A stretch of 64,000 bases of DNA from Bdellovibrionales bacterium (GTDB taxonomy: Bacteria > Bdellovibrionota > Bdellovibrionia > Bdellovibrionales > UBA1609): NCBI GenBank assembly GCA_027317865.1, contig DAHVQG010000009.1, positions 15,937-79,936 of the forward strand. The letters run 5' to 3'. Every line of letters begins with the position of its first letter. The stretch's first letter is position 1. Below are positions 55,749 through 63,932 of this stretch, one piece after another. Both the position numbers and the translations under genes were made by a program. A model generated the notes under the pieces. It saw only the letters and a list, made by a program, of their open reading frames with translations, did no database searches and was not told the DNA's origin.

Positions 55749-56162
55749 ATGTTTATCGTTCATATTTTAACAACATTCTTTTTGAGTCTGAGCCCGACGG
55801 CTTCAGCGCAAGTCCGATGGTTTCCGCGAATTCCATTGCGCCCGGGGCCGGTATTTGTTGTTCCCCCATATAGTCCGGGCTACGTTGCGCCTGGCTGGAA
55901 TCCTGGTTGGGCTTGGAGTCCTTGGGTAAGACCGCCAGTTTGGTATACGCCTTATTGGCAAGCGCCGGCATGGAGTTGGATGCCGGGAATTGCTCCCGGG
56001 GTGTGGCAGTGTGTGGCTTTTGCGGCAAATGGAGCCTCATTTTTCGGGACGTCCAATTTTTCGGTAAATCAGGCCGCATACAACGCGCTTTGGACGTGTG
56101 GTCAATACACCTGGAATGACGGCTGCTATGTACCGCCGTATTCTTGCCGGCTGTATCCATAA
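55749..56162 (+). CDS. Small secreted Pro/Trp-rich protein with a 4-Cys C-terminal domain
   Basis: Signal 'ILTTFFLSLSPTASA'. 'PGWNPGWAWSPWVRPPVWYTPYWQAPAWSW'. AGGAG upstream of ATG 55749. Confidence 0.6.
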   Translation: MFIVHILTTFFLSLSPTASAQVRWFPRIPLRPGPVFVVPPYSPGYVAPGWNPGWAWSPWVRPPVWYTPYWQAPAWSWMPGIAPGVWQCVAFAANGASFFGTSNFSVNQAAYNALWTCGQYTWNDGCYVPPYSCRLYP

Positions 56163-56218
56163 ATTGCCGTGCAATCGCAATCGTGATCATTAGACAGAGG
56201 CGTGATAATATCGCGCAC

Positions 56219-56653
56219 ATGAATACTATGGGCGCAATGGATTCGCGGCAATCGGCAATTATCGATGATTTCTCGCAATTAAATACTTGGGAAGACCGCT
56301 ATCGGCACATAATCGAAATGGGAAAGCAACTGCCGCCGATGTCTGAGGCGGACAAGATCGAGGATTTGAAGGTTCGCGGTTGTCAGGCGCAAGTTTGGCT
56401 TAAAGCCGAATTGCACGCTGATAAAACCATTCATTTTATTGCGGATAGTGATGCTCTAATTGTTAAAGGGCTCATTGCAATACTTTTAAAAATTTATTCG
56501 GACCGTACGGCGCAAGAAATTTTATCAACCGAGCCACAATTTATTTCGGCATTGGGTTTAGCTCAACACTTATCGCCCAGTCGCGCCAACGGACTTGTGG
56601 CGATGATTAAACAGATCAAATATTATGCGCTTGGGTATCAAGCGATGAATTGA
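56219..56653 (+). CDS. sufE: SufE/CsdE-family sulfur acceptor
   Basis: 'WEDRYRHIIEMGKQLPPM', 'KVRGCQAQVWL', 'SDALIVKGLIAIL'. Start is one of ATG 56219, 56228 or 56237. Confidence 0.8.
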   Translation: MNTMGAMDSRQSAIIDDFSQLNTWEDRYRHIIEMGKQLPPMSEADKIEDLKVRGCQAQVWLKAELHADKTIHFIADSDALIVKGLIAILLKIYSDRTAQEILSTEPQFISALGLAQHLSPSRANGLVAMIKQIKYYALGYQAMN

Positions 56654-56692
56654 ACCCGCCCAAATCCGTTTTTGTGGCAATGTTCAATATAG

Positions 56693-57400
56693 TTAGTTTT
56701 TTACAGTTGCGAAAATTCGATGGGAATCGTCAAATTCCTCTATCTCTTGCAAAAGCTCATGTATTTCTTGAATCTGCGTCTCGTTGAGATCGCTGACGTT
56801 TTTGGGTAAATAAGAACGCTCGGCTGCCTCGACCGACCAACCGCGACTCATTAGCCCAGTACGAATAGAGTCAAGGTCGGTGGGTGCTCCATAAAATGAA
56901 TAACTACCGTTTTCGTTTTTTTCAACCGAGTTTGCATTCACTTCAATTGCTTCTTCTTCAGCATCTCGAATATCATTTTTATTACCGGTCACAACAGCGA
57001 CACGTTCAAACATCCACGACGAAGATCCGGATTCGCCCAAGCTACCGTTGTGACGCTTAAAAATATTGCGAAGTTCGCCGACGGTCCTGTTTTTATTGTC
57101 GGTTTGGCATTCGATGATTACCCCAACGCCATACGGTGCCGTCCCTTCGTAAGTGACCTCTTCGATTTGTGTACCGTCATCCAAAAGGCCCGCACCTTTT
57201 TTTATTGCTCGCTCTATTGTTTCTTTAGGGCACGAGACGGCGCGTGCCGCGGCGATAGCCAGTTTTAAGCGGGAATTGCCTTCGGGATCGGGCCCGCCGA
57301 TTTTTGCTGCGACCTGAACTTCACGCGCAACCTTGGTGAAAATTTGGCCGCGCTTTTGAGCCGCTGCGGCCTTGATCGGCGTTTTCCATTCTTTGCCCAT
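56693..57400 (-). CDS. yebC: YebC/PmpR-family transcriptional regulator
   Basis: 'AAAAQKRGQIFTKVAREVQVAAKIGGPDPEGNSRLKLAIAAARA', 'YEGTAPYGVGVIIECQTDNKNRT'. Confidence 0.9.
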   Translation of the reverse strand: MGKEWKTPIKAAAAQKRGQIFTKVAREVQVAAKIGGPDPEGNSRLKLAIAAARAVSCPKETIERAIKKGAGLLDDGTQIEEVTYEGTAPYGVGVIIECQTDNKNRTVGELRNIFKRHNGSLGESGSSSWMFERVAVVTGNKNDIRDAEEEAIEVNANSVEKNENGSYSFYGAPTDLDSIRTGLMSRGWSVEAAERSYLPKNVSDLNETQIQEIHELLQEIEEFDDSHRIFATVKN

Positions 57401-57490
57401 GCTTCGCACGTCAGCTGAACTTTAGCTGGCGCCTCCTCGTGTAAATTTAATAGCCGGGTTCACGAGGTTTCGTCAATGTTGGGATGTGAT

Positions 57491-57715
57491 TTATGCGGCG
57501 GCTTTTTTGCGAAGCCAGTGTTGGTGTTTTTTATCGAAATCGGACGGACGTTCGCCGCGCTTATTAATTAGGCCCTCTTTGTACCATTCAAAGTGTTCAT
57601 CACAAAAATGCATGCGTGTAATTTTCTTTTTGCAGCCTTCGGCCATACAGCTTTCTGAAGTTTGAACGACGCGCGGTTGAGAGTTGGATTGGGGGGCATT
57701 GTTATCTTTTGCCAT
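57491..57715 (-). CDS. Small basic Cys/His protein (C-x4-C-x9-C-x2-H, putative zinc finger)
   Basis: 'CMAEGCKKKITRMHFCDEH'. GAGGT 7 nt upstream of the ATG. Confidence 0.6.
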   Translation of the reverse strand: MAKDNNAPQSNSQPRVVQTSESCMAEGCKKKITRMHFCDEHFEWYKEGLINKRGERPSDFDKKHQHWLRKKAAA

Positions 57716-57778
57716 AGGGTTACCTCGCTTTTATAGACTATCGGCGGTTTACCCTGCGAGTTTAAGTGCTTCTGGACC

Positions 57779-58891
57779 TTAAGGTTGGGTATGGGGTCCA
57801 GGCGAAACCGTTTGTTGATAAAGTGTCAGCCAATTTGGCGCAATTGCGTCGCTGTCGACATAAAGTTGATATTGAAATAACGGTAGCGCCCGAATGTAAC
57901 TCGCTTTTTGCATATTCGATAGCGAGCTGTTATTGAGCGAGCTAAGCACTGTTGCCGAATGATTCAGATCAATTAGTTTTTGATTGATGTTTGAATGCAA
58001 AAACGCATCGATTAATTTATTAGCAAGCGTGCGGTCTTTGACTCCTCGACTGATGGCCAAGAAGCGGATCCATAAGGCGCCTTTTTCTTTTGGCATTACA
58101 AAGCGATAGTTTGGATGCTGCTTTAAAAAAGCCGCCGCTTCGCCGTTCGTCATTTCGGCAATTTGAACTTGGCCGCTTGTGAGTTGACTCTCTGGCGTGG
58201 AGGTAAATGACACCACGTCGCTTGTGATTTGCTGAATAAATTTTGTGAGCTTCGCTGTTTGGCCGGTGTCAGCCCATGATTTTACCATGGGCTTAAGCTT
58301 TTCGAGTAAGTTAAAAAATAGAATAGGGGAATCAATTAAAGAAATTTTGGCCAACCGAGAGTGAAAGTGCGGCGGTCTGTGTTTCACTGCCATCCCGAAA
58401 AGCGCGGTCAGGCTTTTATCAGACCATTGCGTTTGTTTGGGATTAAATACAAAACCGCTTACGCCCCATGATATGGGCACAAGATAGTGACCGTCAGGGT
58501 CAAACCCTAAGTGCTGAAAATCAATTGATACATTTCGCAGTCGCGGTATTTCGTCGGTGTTAAACGGCGATAAGTTACGGTTGAGCATAAAGGATGACAA
58601 GACAAAGCTCGGTAATTCCACGACATCGTATTTCTGCTTATTTGACAGCAGTTCACCTACAAGGCTGATATCGGTGGGTTCTTCGGTAATTTGTAAATGA
58701 ACGTGCAACTGATTTTGCACCATTTTGATTACTGCCGGAGGTAAAAAATTCTTTTCTGCGAGCACCCGGATTTCGGGGCCGTGATGTTCGATGTGATGGG
58801 CGCGCTCATAATGATAGATGCCCCACCAAGCGCCCCAAGAAAATGAGAATACGGCAACCAAAATTACCAACTTTAAAAATCGCGATCGCAT
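57779..58891 (-). CDS. PotD/PotF-like periplasmic solute-binding protein (orphan, N-terminally anchored)
   Basis: 'KYDVVELPSF', 'GHYLVPISWGVSGFVFNPKQ' resemble polyamine-type SBPs. No ABC partner genes are adjacent. Confidence 0.6.
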   Translation of the reverse strand: MRSRFLKLVILVAVFSFSWGAWWGIYHYERAHHIEHHGPEIRVLAEKNFLPPAVIKMVQNQLHVHLQITEEPTDISLVGELLSNKQKYDVVELPSFVLSSFMLNRNLSPFNTDEIPRLRNVSIDFQHLGFDPDGHYLVPISWGVSGFVFNPKQTQWSDKSLTALFGMAVKHRPPHFHSRLAKISLIDSPILFFNLLEKLKPMVKSWADTGQTAKLTKFIQQITSDVVSFTSTPESQLTSGQVQIAEMTNGEAAAFLKQHPNYRFVMPKEKGALWIRFLAISRGVKDRTLANKLIDAFLHSNINQKLIDLNHSATVLSSLNNSSLSNMQKASYIRALPLFQYQLYVDSDAIAPNWLTLYQQTVSPGPHTQP

Positions 58892-58953
58892 AAGTTAAAA
58901 GTTTAGCAGGCCATCTGCGAAATCGTCAAAGAGAGCAAATGGACGCGTACAAA

Positions 58954-60108
58954 TTATTGCCCGTAAGCCGCAGGAGCGAAGGCCACGTTGATCGAGGCGC
59001 CTGCCGGTGGAATCCACGCGCTGCCGACGAAAACGATGCTGTTTGTTGTTGAGTCGTATGTAAATCCGCCGTTGTTGGCCGGATTGGTGGCCTCGTTGGG
59101 TACATTATTACCGTTTACTGTTACAACAATAGTTGACGGATCGGGGATGCGGTCGAGTTTAAAAGCAGTGGCTAGTGATAAGATACCGTCCGCGATTGAG
59201 GCCAGCTGTGTACCGTAATTTCCGCAGATGTCACCCTTTAGACCCTGCGCGAACGTGGGCAGGCCTTGGTTCACATCATCAACCATTTGATCGTAGCGCT
59301 GCCCGATGATCGAGTTCACCGAACCCGCAGCTAACCGCTGGTCTTGGCAAGTCGTATTTTGAACCGCAATAGCTGAAACGTTATAGTTGCGGTCAGTTGA
59401 AGTTGAACCGGTAATTTGATCTAAATAGCTCACATAAGACGAAACTGAATCCAACGTTGATGCCGTATAGTCGTGATCGGGAATTCCGCTTGGGTACATC
59501 CAACTATACTCGGGGCGGTTCGCTCCGCTGAAATCATCCTCGTCAGACAAAATAATGATGGAGGTAAAAGCACCCGAACGTAAAAATCCGGAGTTTAGCG
59601 GACTGTTCAAAGCGTCACGCATACTAGAGAATGCGCGTTCATCGCCGCTACCTTCTTCGCCCTCGGTGGCGTTATCGACATATACCGTATCGAGATTGGT
59701 CGTTGAAGGTAGAATCATATAAACGCCCGACTGCGCACATTGCGGACAAATCGCATCGGCGGTCATACCATCGCGGAATTTTGCGAGATTTGAATTATTT
59801 TGAAAATTCGCCTCTGACAAGTACGCGTCGGTTGTCGTCACGGCCATTTGAAAATCATATTGATTGGATTGTGACGAGAAAGCTTGAATGAAACTCTGAT
59901 AATTAGCGGTCATTTGACTTTGTTCGGGCAACATTGATCCCGAATTGTCGATTACCCACAAGATGTCCATTTTCGGGTTGATTATTCCAGTAGACTGTTT
60001 GAACGATTGAGAGGATGGCAAAATATCGAAGGTGCTACCCTTATTGCCACAGCCGGCGAGAAGACATCCAATGGCCATTATTGCCATTATATAACGATAA
60101 CGTTCCAT
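58954..60108 (-). CDS. Lipoprotein with a von Willebrand factor A-like domain
   Basis: Lipobox 'LLAGCG'. MIDAS 'VIDNSGSM'. Confidence 0.7.
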   Translation of the reverse strand: MERYRYIMAIMAIGCLLAGCGNKGSTFDILPSSQSFKQSTGIINPKMDILWVIDNSGSMLPEQSQMTANYQSFIQAFSSQSNQYDFQMAVTTTDAYLSEANFQNNSNLAKFRDGMTADAICPQCAQSGVYMILPSTTNLDTVYVDNATEGEEGSGDERAFSSMRDALNSPLNSGFLRSGAFTSIIILSDEDDFSGANRPEYSWMYPSGIPDHDYTASTLDSVSSYVSYLDQITGSTSTDRNYNVSAIAVQNTTCQDQRLAAGSVNSIIGQRYDQMVDDVNQGLPTFAQGLKGDICGNYGTQLASIADGILSLATAFKLDRIPDPSTIVVTVNGNNVPNEATNPANNGGFTYDSTTNSIVFVGSAWIPPAGASINVAFAPAAYGQ

Positions 60109-60153
60109 AACGCCCCCTTACCTTTGGCCGTCGTGGCCGTACCTTGTGTCGCC

Positions 60154-60171
60154 TCTTTATTTAAATAAAGA
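60154..60171. promoter_or_regulatory. Perfect 18-bp palindrome TCTTTATTTAAATAAAGA, candidate operator
   Basis: Read directly. It lies 46-63 nt upstream of the ATG of the VWA lipoprotein gene. Confidence 0.3.
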
Positions 60172-60662
60172 ACACCGACCAAGGTCTATCTTCGCTATCG
60201 GGATTTATAATATAAGCTTAAATTCGAAGTTCTTCTCGCAACCCAATGAGTTCATTTAAAGAATTCAGCTTTCTCAGCCTAATACAAATTAATTGCTTGA
60301 TTCGATTGAGAAAAAAAATAGCGAAATTTTCGAATTTTAATGATCTGTCAAAAAGTTCGACTCTTTTCAAAACCTTTTTAAAAGGTCTAGCATCTTTTTA
60401 TGTTCTAAAATGATATTCTGAAGATGCCCTTCTCAGGGCCAGAAAGGAGGTGGTGTGATGGTACATAGTTATTCAACCATTTCCACGGAGGTGCGTGTCT
60501 CTTAACGAGACAGGCTTTTCGTGTTGCGCGATGCGGGGCGCTTAGCCGCCTGATTTTTTGCAGTCGCACAACTGAGGCTGGGAGGGCATGAGATGGCTGT
60601 CGTAACTGACGGCCAACAGCTCGAGCACCCGGCCTTTTTTCTGAGTACGAGCGGGGCCGACG

Positions 60663-62996
60663 TCAGGCAATTTTTTTGGTTTGCTCTTGTAAAGCGTATA
60701 ATTCATTTTTAAGATTTCTGATTTCGCCACGCAGTTTCTTTTCAATTTTCTTTGCTTGTTTGAGTTTATCCTCAAGATCCGAACGAATTTGCGAATTGGC
60801 TTCAACTTTACGGTTTAAGCTGGAAGCTTCAGTCGTCATTGTTTCGTATTTAAGCATCGCTTCATTGGTCTTAAGAATATAAGTTTGCCTATCTTTTCGG
60901 AGTTGGTCGGCAATTTCAGTCAGTTTACTAACGGTTTTACGCATTTGCTGCAAGCTGTTTGCGCTGAGCTCGGATTTTGTCTGAGCGGCGCGACTTGTTT
61001 TCTTTAATGCTTCGATTTCGCCAGCAGCACGATCCATTTTATGGGAGAGGTGTTTGTACTTTTGCTGAGCTTCGTTGAGTTTGCCGGTCAAACTATTTAC
61101 CTCTGTTTTCAAGCCTCGGATTTCTTCTTGTTTTATTGCAAGCGAGTTTTGAATTTTCTTAAATTCGTCGTCCTTCGCCTTTACTATTTCATCGAGGCCC
61201 GTGTTGTCTTTCAAAAGTTGCAATTCTTTCGCCGTGAGATTCGCCTGCTGCTGTAGATTTGCAACGGTTTCTTTATAGTTTTCAATTTCGTTCTGGCTCG
61301 CTTTTAATTGGTTGTTTAAGTTATCCAGCGTATCGTTGTAGGTGTCTTCCGCCGTTTGAAACATCTCAACTTTTTCTTCTAGCCCCGTGTTGAGTTTGAA
61401 ATATTCCGCGTTCTGCTCCTCAAGTTGATTTGATAATTGGCTGTTTTTCTCATTGAGGGCGACCAATTCTTCGATTTTAAGATTGCTCGCGTCGATGAGT
61501 TTCTGAGAATTTTCAAGTTGCGCTTTTAAAACTTCATTCTCCGTTTGGAGCGGCCCGGACTCAACAGTAAGGACGGTATCATCGCTTAAGGCGGCACCGT
61601 CTTCGCTTGTTACATTGCGAATATCCCCAAGATTTGTAGGTGCATTCTCGCCCGGCGCGGTCTCAACGGAGCGGGCGACATCATTACTAATAGCTCCGAT
61701 GTCAGCAAGAAGTTGCGAGTCGACCGCAATATGGTCACCGCCCATATCATCGGTAAGTTTGTTCGAAACGTTGTGCAATGTATCTGAATTTGCTTTTAAA
61801 TCGTTAAATTCGACTTCGAATTTCTGAAATTCTTTGTCAATTTCTTTGGCCATCAGCATATCGCCGCCAGAGAGATTTTTCTTCGCCTGAATTTGAAACA
61901 CGTACCATTTATCACGAAGCGCTTTAAGTTCTTGGCAATTCGTCTGGTATTTTTTATTGAGGTCTTGAATTAACAGTTGTTGTTTGATGATTTGGTGCTG
62001 AAATATTTTGACGTCATCGCTGGCTGCGGTCATCACGTCATCCAAGTTTAACCGCGCGCTCATATATTCTGGAATTTCATCGTACATGCCAACTTGCGGA
62101 TCTAACGAAATGCGCTGACCGAGGGTTTTTTCAACTTGCCGGATCATCTGGCTGACCGTTTTTGAAACCATTGCGTGCGGATTTTCTTTTGCAACCTGGG
62201 CAAAGGAGGCGATCTGGCCCTTTAGTGAGCGAAGCTTTTTTCGCAATTTTCGAGGGTTAAAATTTTTGCTCTCCGAATGCGTGTTGAGCTCCAGCATTTC
62301 CGTTTCGATAGTTTCGGCCATTTGCTTAAGAAGTTTATTTTCAGGCTGATCGAGGGAGCCTTTGATGATAGCGATTTGTTCGCGAAAATGACGACTGAGT
62401 CCGCTGATTGTTTCGGGGTCTATGACGTTGTTTTTTGTGAGTTTATCCTCAACGCGAATAAGTTCGTCATTAATATGAAGCGTACAATCTTCGATAACTT
62501 TGCGGTCAGAAAGTTCTTTTATGAGTCCGCGCACGGCCGTTTTTTCTAAGTCCGACACTTCAGATTTAATCGCGCGAATGACGTCGCCAATCGGCCCGTC
62601 GATTTCGTCTTCGACGGTGATTTTGCCGAAATCTTGCGCGGGCGATGAAAGGGATTTTAATTTATATTCAGATTGATCCGGCAGGCCTTCGATTTTGCCA
62701 TAGTCTTTATTTTCTAGAATTTCTTTACGATAAACCTCTCCTTCTTCTGAAGTTAAGAAATTATCGAGATAGCCAAAATAGGTTTGTTTGTCTTCGACGC
62801 GCACGTAAATCTTATCCATCGAGTGGCCCTGAAGCTTTTCAAATTTATTTTGCGATAAAGTTTCATTTTTGCGCACCCAGAGGATGATCCGATTGCTTTG
62901 CCGAAGTAAAATATAACAGTCAAAAGATAACGGATGCTCCGGGCGAAGACATTTGACGTAAACCGGAAAGAATTCTTCGCTTCTGAATTCGGACAT
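60663..62996 (-). CDS. 777-aa coiled-coil protein whose N-terminal module is shared with the HD-GYP proteins
   Basis: Residues ~8-74 follow the same pattern as the pre-HD-GYP module. The rest is K/E/Q/L-rich heptad-like sequence. Confidence 0.75.
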   Translation of the reverse strand: MSEFRSEEFFPVYVKCLRPEHPLSFDCYILLRQSNRIILWVRKNETLSQNKFEKLQGHSMDKIYVRVEDKQTYFGYLDNFLTSEEGEVYRKEILENKDYGKIEGLPDQSEYKLKSLSSPAQDFGKITVEDEIDGPIGDVIRAIKSEVSDLEKTAVRGLIKELSDRKVIEDCTLHINDELIRVEDKLTKNNVIDPETISGLSRHFREQIAIIKGSLDQPENKLLKQMAETIETEMLELNTHSESKNFNPRKLRKKLRSLKGQIASFAQVAKENPHAMVSKTVSQMIRQVEKTLGQRISLDPQVGMYDEIPEYMSARLNLDDVMTAASDDVKIFQHQIIKQQLLIQDLNKKYQTNCQELKALRDKWYVFQIQAKKNLSGGDMLMAKEIDKEFQKFEVEFNDLKANSDTLHNVSNKLTDDMGGDHIAVDSQLLADIGAISNDVARSVETAPGENAPTNLGDIRNVTSEDGAALSDDTVLTVESGPLQTENEVLKAQLENSQKLIDASNLKIEELVALNEKNSQLSNQLEEQNAEYFKLNTGLEEKVEMFQTAEDTYNDTLDNLNNQLKASQNEIENYKETVANLQQQANLTAKELQLLKDNTGLDEIVKAKDDEFKKIQNSLAIKQEEIRGLKTEVNSLTGKLNEAQQKYKHLSHKMDRAAGEIEALKKTSRAAQTKSELSANSLQQMRKTVSKLTEIADQLRKDRQTYILKTNEAMLKYETMTTEASSLNRKVEANSQIRSDLEDKLKQAKKIEKKLRGEIRNLKNELYALQEQTKKIA

Positions 62997-63234
62997 TTCA
63001 CCACCGTCAGATTATTCTTTCGGTATTTGTAGCGTGCCGCGATAGGGGATTGTTGCATTTATTGTACTGCAATAGACGTAAGACCAGCGGTCTGACGGCG
63101 GTTTTATCTGCGCTGTTTTGCTTTACCAGGGTTTCAAAATGCACATACGCGGCTGTGAACGTGGGCAACAATTTCAAAAAATGCCATTCTTCTAGACAAA
63201 ACGGCTGGCGTTATGGCTCATTAAGGTCATCTCC

Positions 63235-63243
63235 GGGGGGGGG
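63235..63243 (+). repeat. Homopolymeric G9 tract forming the SD region of the downstream gene
   Basis: Counted directly: nine G at 63235-63243, then AT, then ATG at 63246. Confidence 0.95.
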
Positions 63244-63245
63244 AT

Positions 63246-63932
63246 ATGGGTAAGATTATTGCGATATTCGTGGTGGTATTTTCAGCAATCTCTGCGCCGG
63301 GTTTAAACTCCAGTGCACGTGAACCGGGATCATTTCGTTTAACAAAGGAGCTGAAGACTGAACCGATTGTCGGTCCGGATTGGACTCGCGCTTTTATTCA
63401 AAAGCATTACCATATACAGTTTCTAGCGTTCGGATTGACAGACGCAATGCAAATTCTTGTCAATGAGACGCCGTTCGGTGGGGTTTCAAATTTATTATAC
63501 GATATCTACGACAAATCGAGCCCGACAGAAATTCGCTTAGCAGCTAACGTGTGCCTGACTTTGCATAATACCTGGGAGCAAATTGTTTGCGCCCATAAAG
63601 CGGCTGAGAAAATCGGTTATGCGAACCCGAATTTTGACGTAAAAGGGCTTTGTCGCGTACTGGCTTTAGCGTTTCGATCGGTGATGAACGAAATCAATAA
63701 CCCGAATGTATTTGTCGGGCAAATAGGCATTATAGCACGTGACCAAAGCGGCAATATTTGGGGGCACAACCTTGATCGCATTACAGTGCGGTCTGTAACC
63801 GGCATGACTTATGCGTACGCGGTCGATGATGAGTCGGGTAACGGGCCGATCGTCATCTATCCGCTTTCTTTATCGGCGAAACAGTTCAAAAAAAGGTATG
63901 GGTCTCTGCTCCCGCACCTTTCGAACTTTTGA
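63246..63932 (+). CDS. Secreted hypothetical protein with a possible Cys-His-Asp arrangement
   Basis: Signal 'IAIFVVVFSAISAPG'. The order 'KGLCRVLALAF' ... 'IWGHNLD' ... 'AVDDE' resembles transglutaminase/papain-like cores. This is weak. Confidence 0.55.
   Translation: MGKIIAIFVVVFSAISAPGLNSSAREPGSFRLTKELKTEPIVGPDWTRAFIQKHYHIQFLAFGLTDAMQILVNETPFGGVSNLLYDIYDKSSPTEIRLAANVCLTLHNTWEQIVCAHKAAEKIGYANPNFDVKGLCRVLALAFRSVMNEINNPNVFVGQIGIIARDQSGNIWGHNLDRITVRSVTGMTYAYAVDDESGNGPIVIYPLSLSAKQFKKRYGSLLPHLSNF

Noticed and set aside
60420-60662. A known housekeeping ncRNA (SRP/4.5S, tmRNA, RNase P, 6S) in the long spacer
   Set aside because: I compared both strands by eye with the conserved cores I know: SRP GGAAG/AGCAGC helix 8, the tmRNA ends, and RNase P GAGGAAAGUCC. 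None is present. 6S cannot be judged without folding or a covariance model.
60542-60805. 87-aa minus-strand ORF spanning the end of the coiled-coil gene and the spacer
   Set aside because: It overlaps the 3' end of the coiled-coil CDS out of frame. It is Lys/Arg-rich with no SD and is unlikely to be coding.
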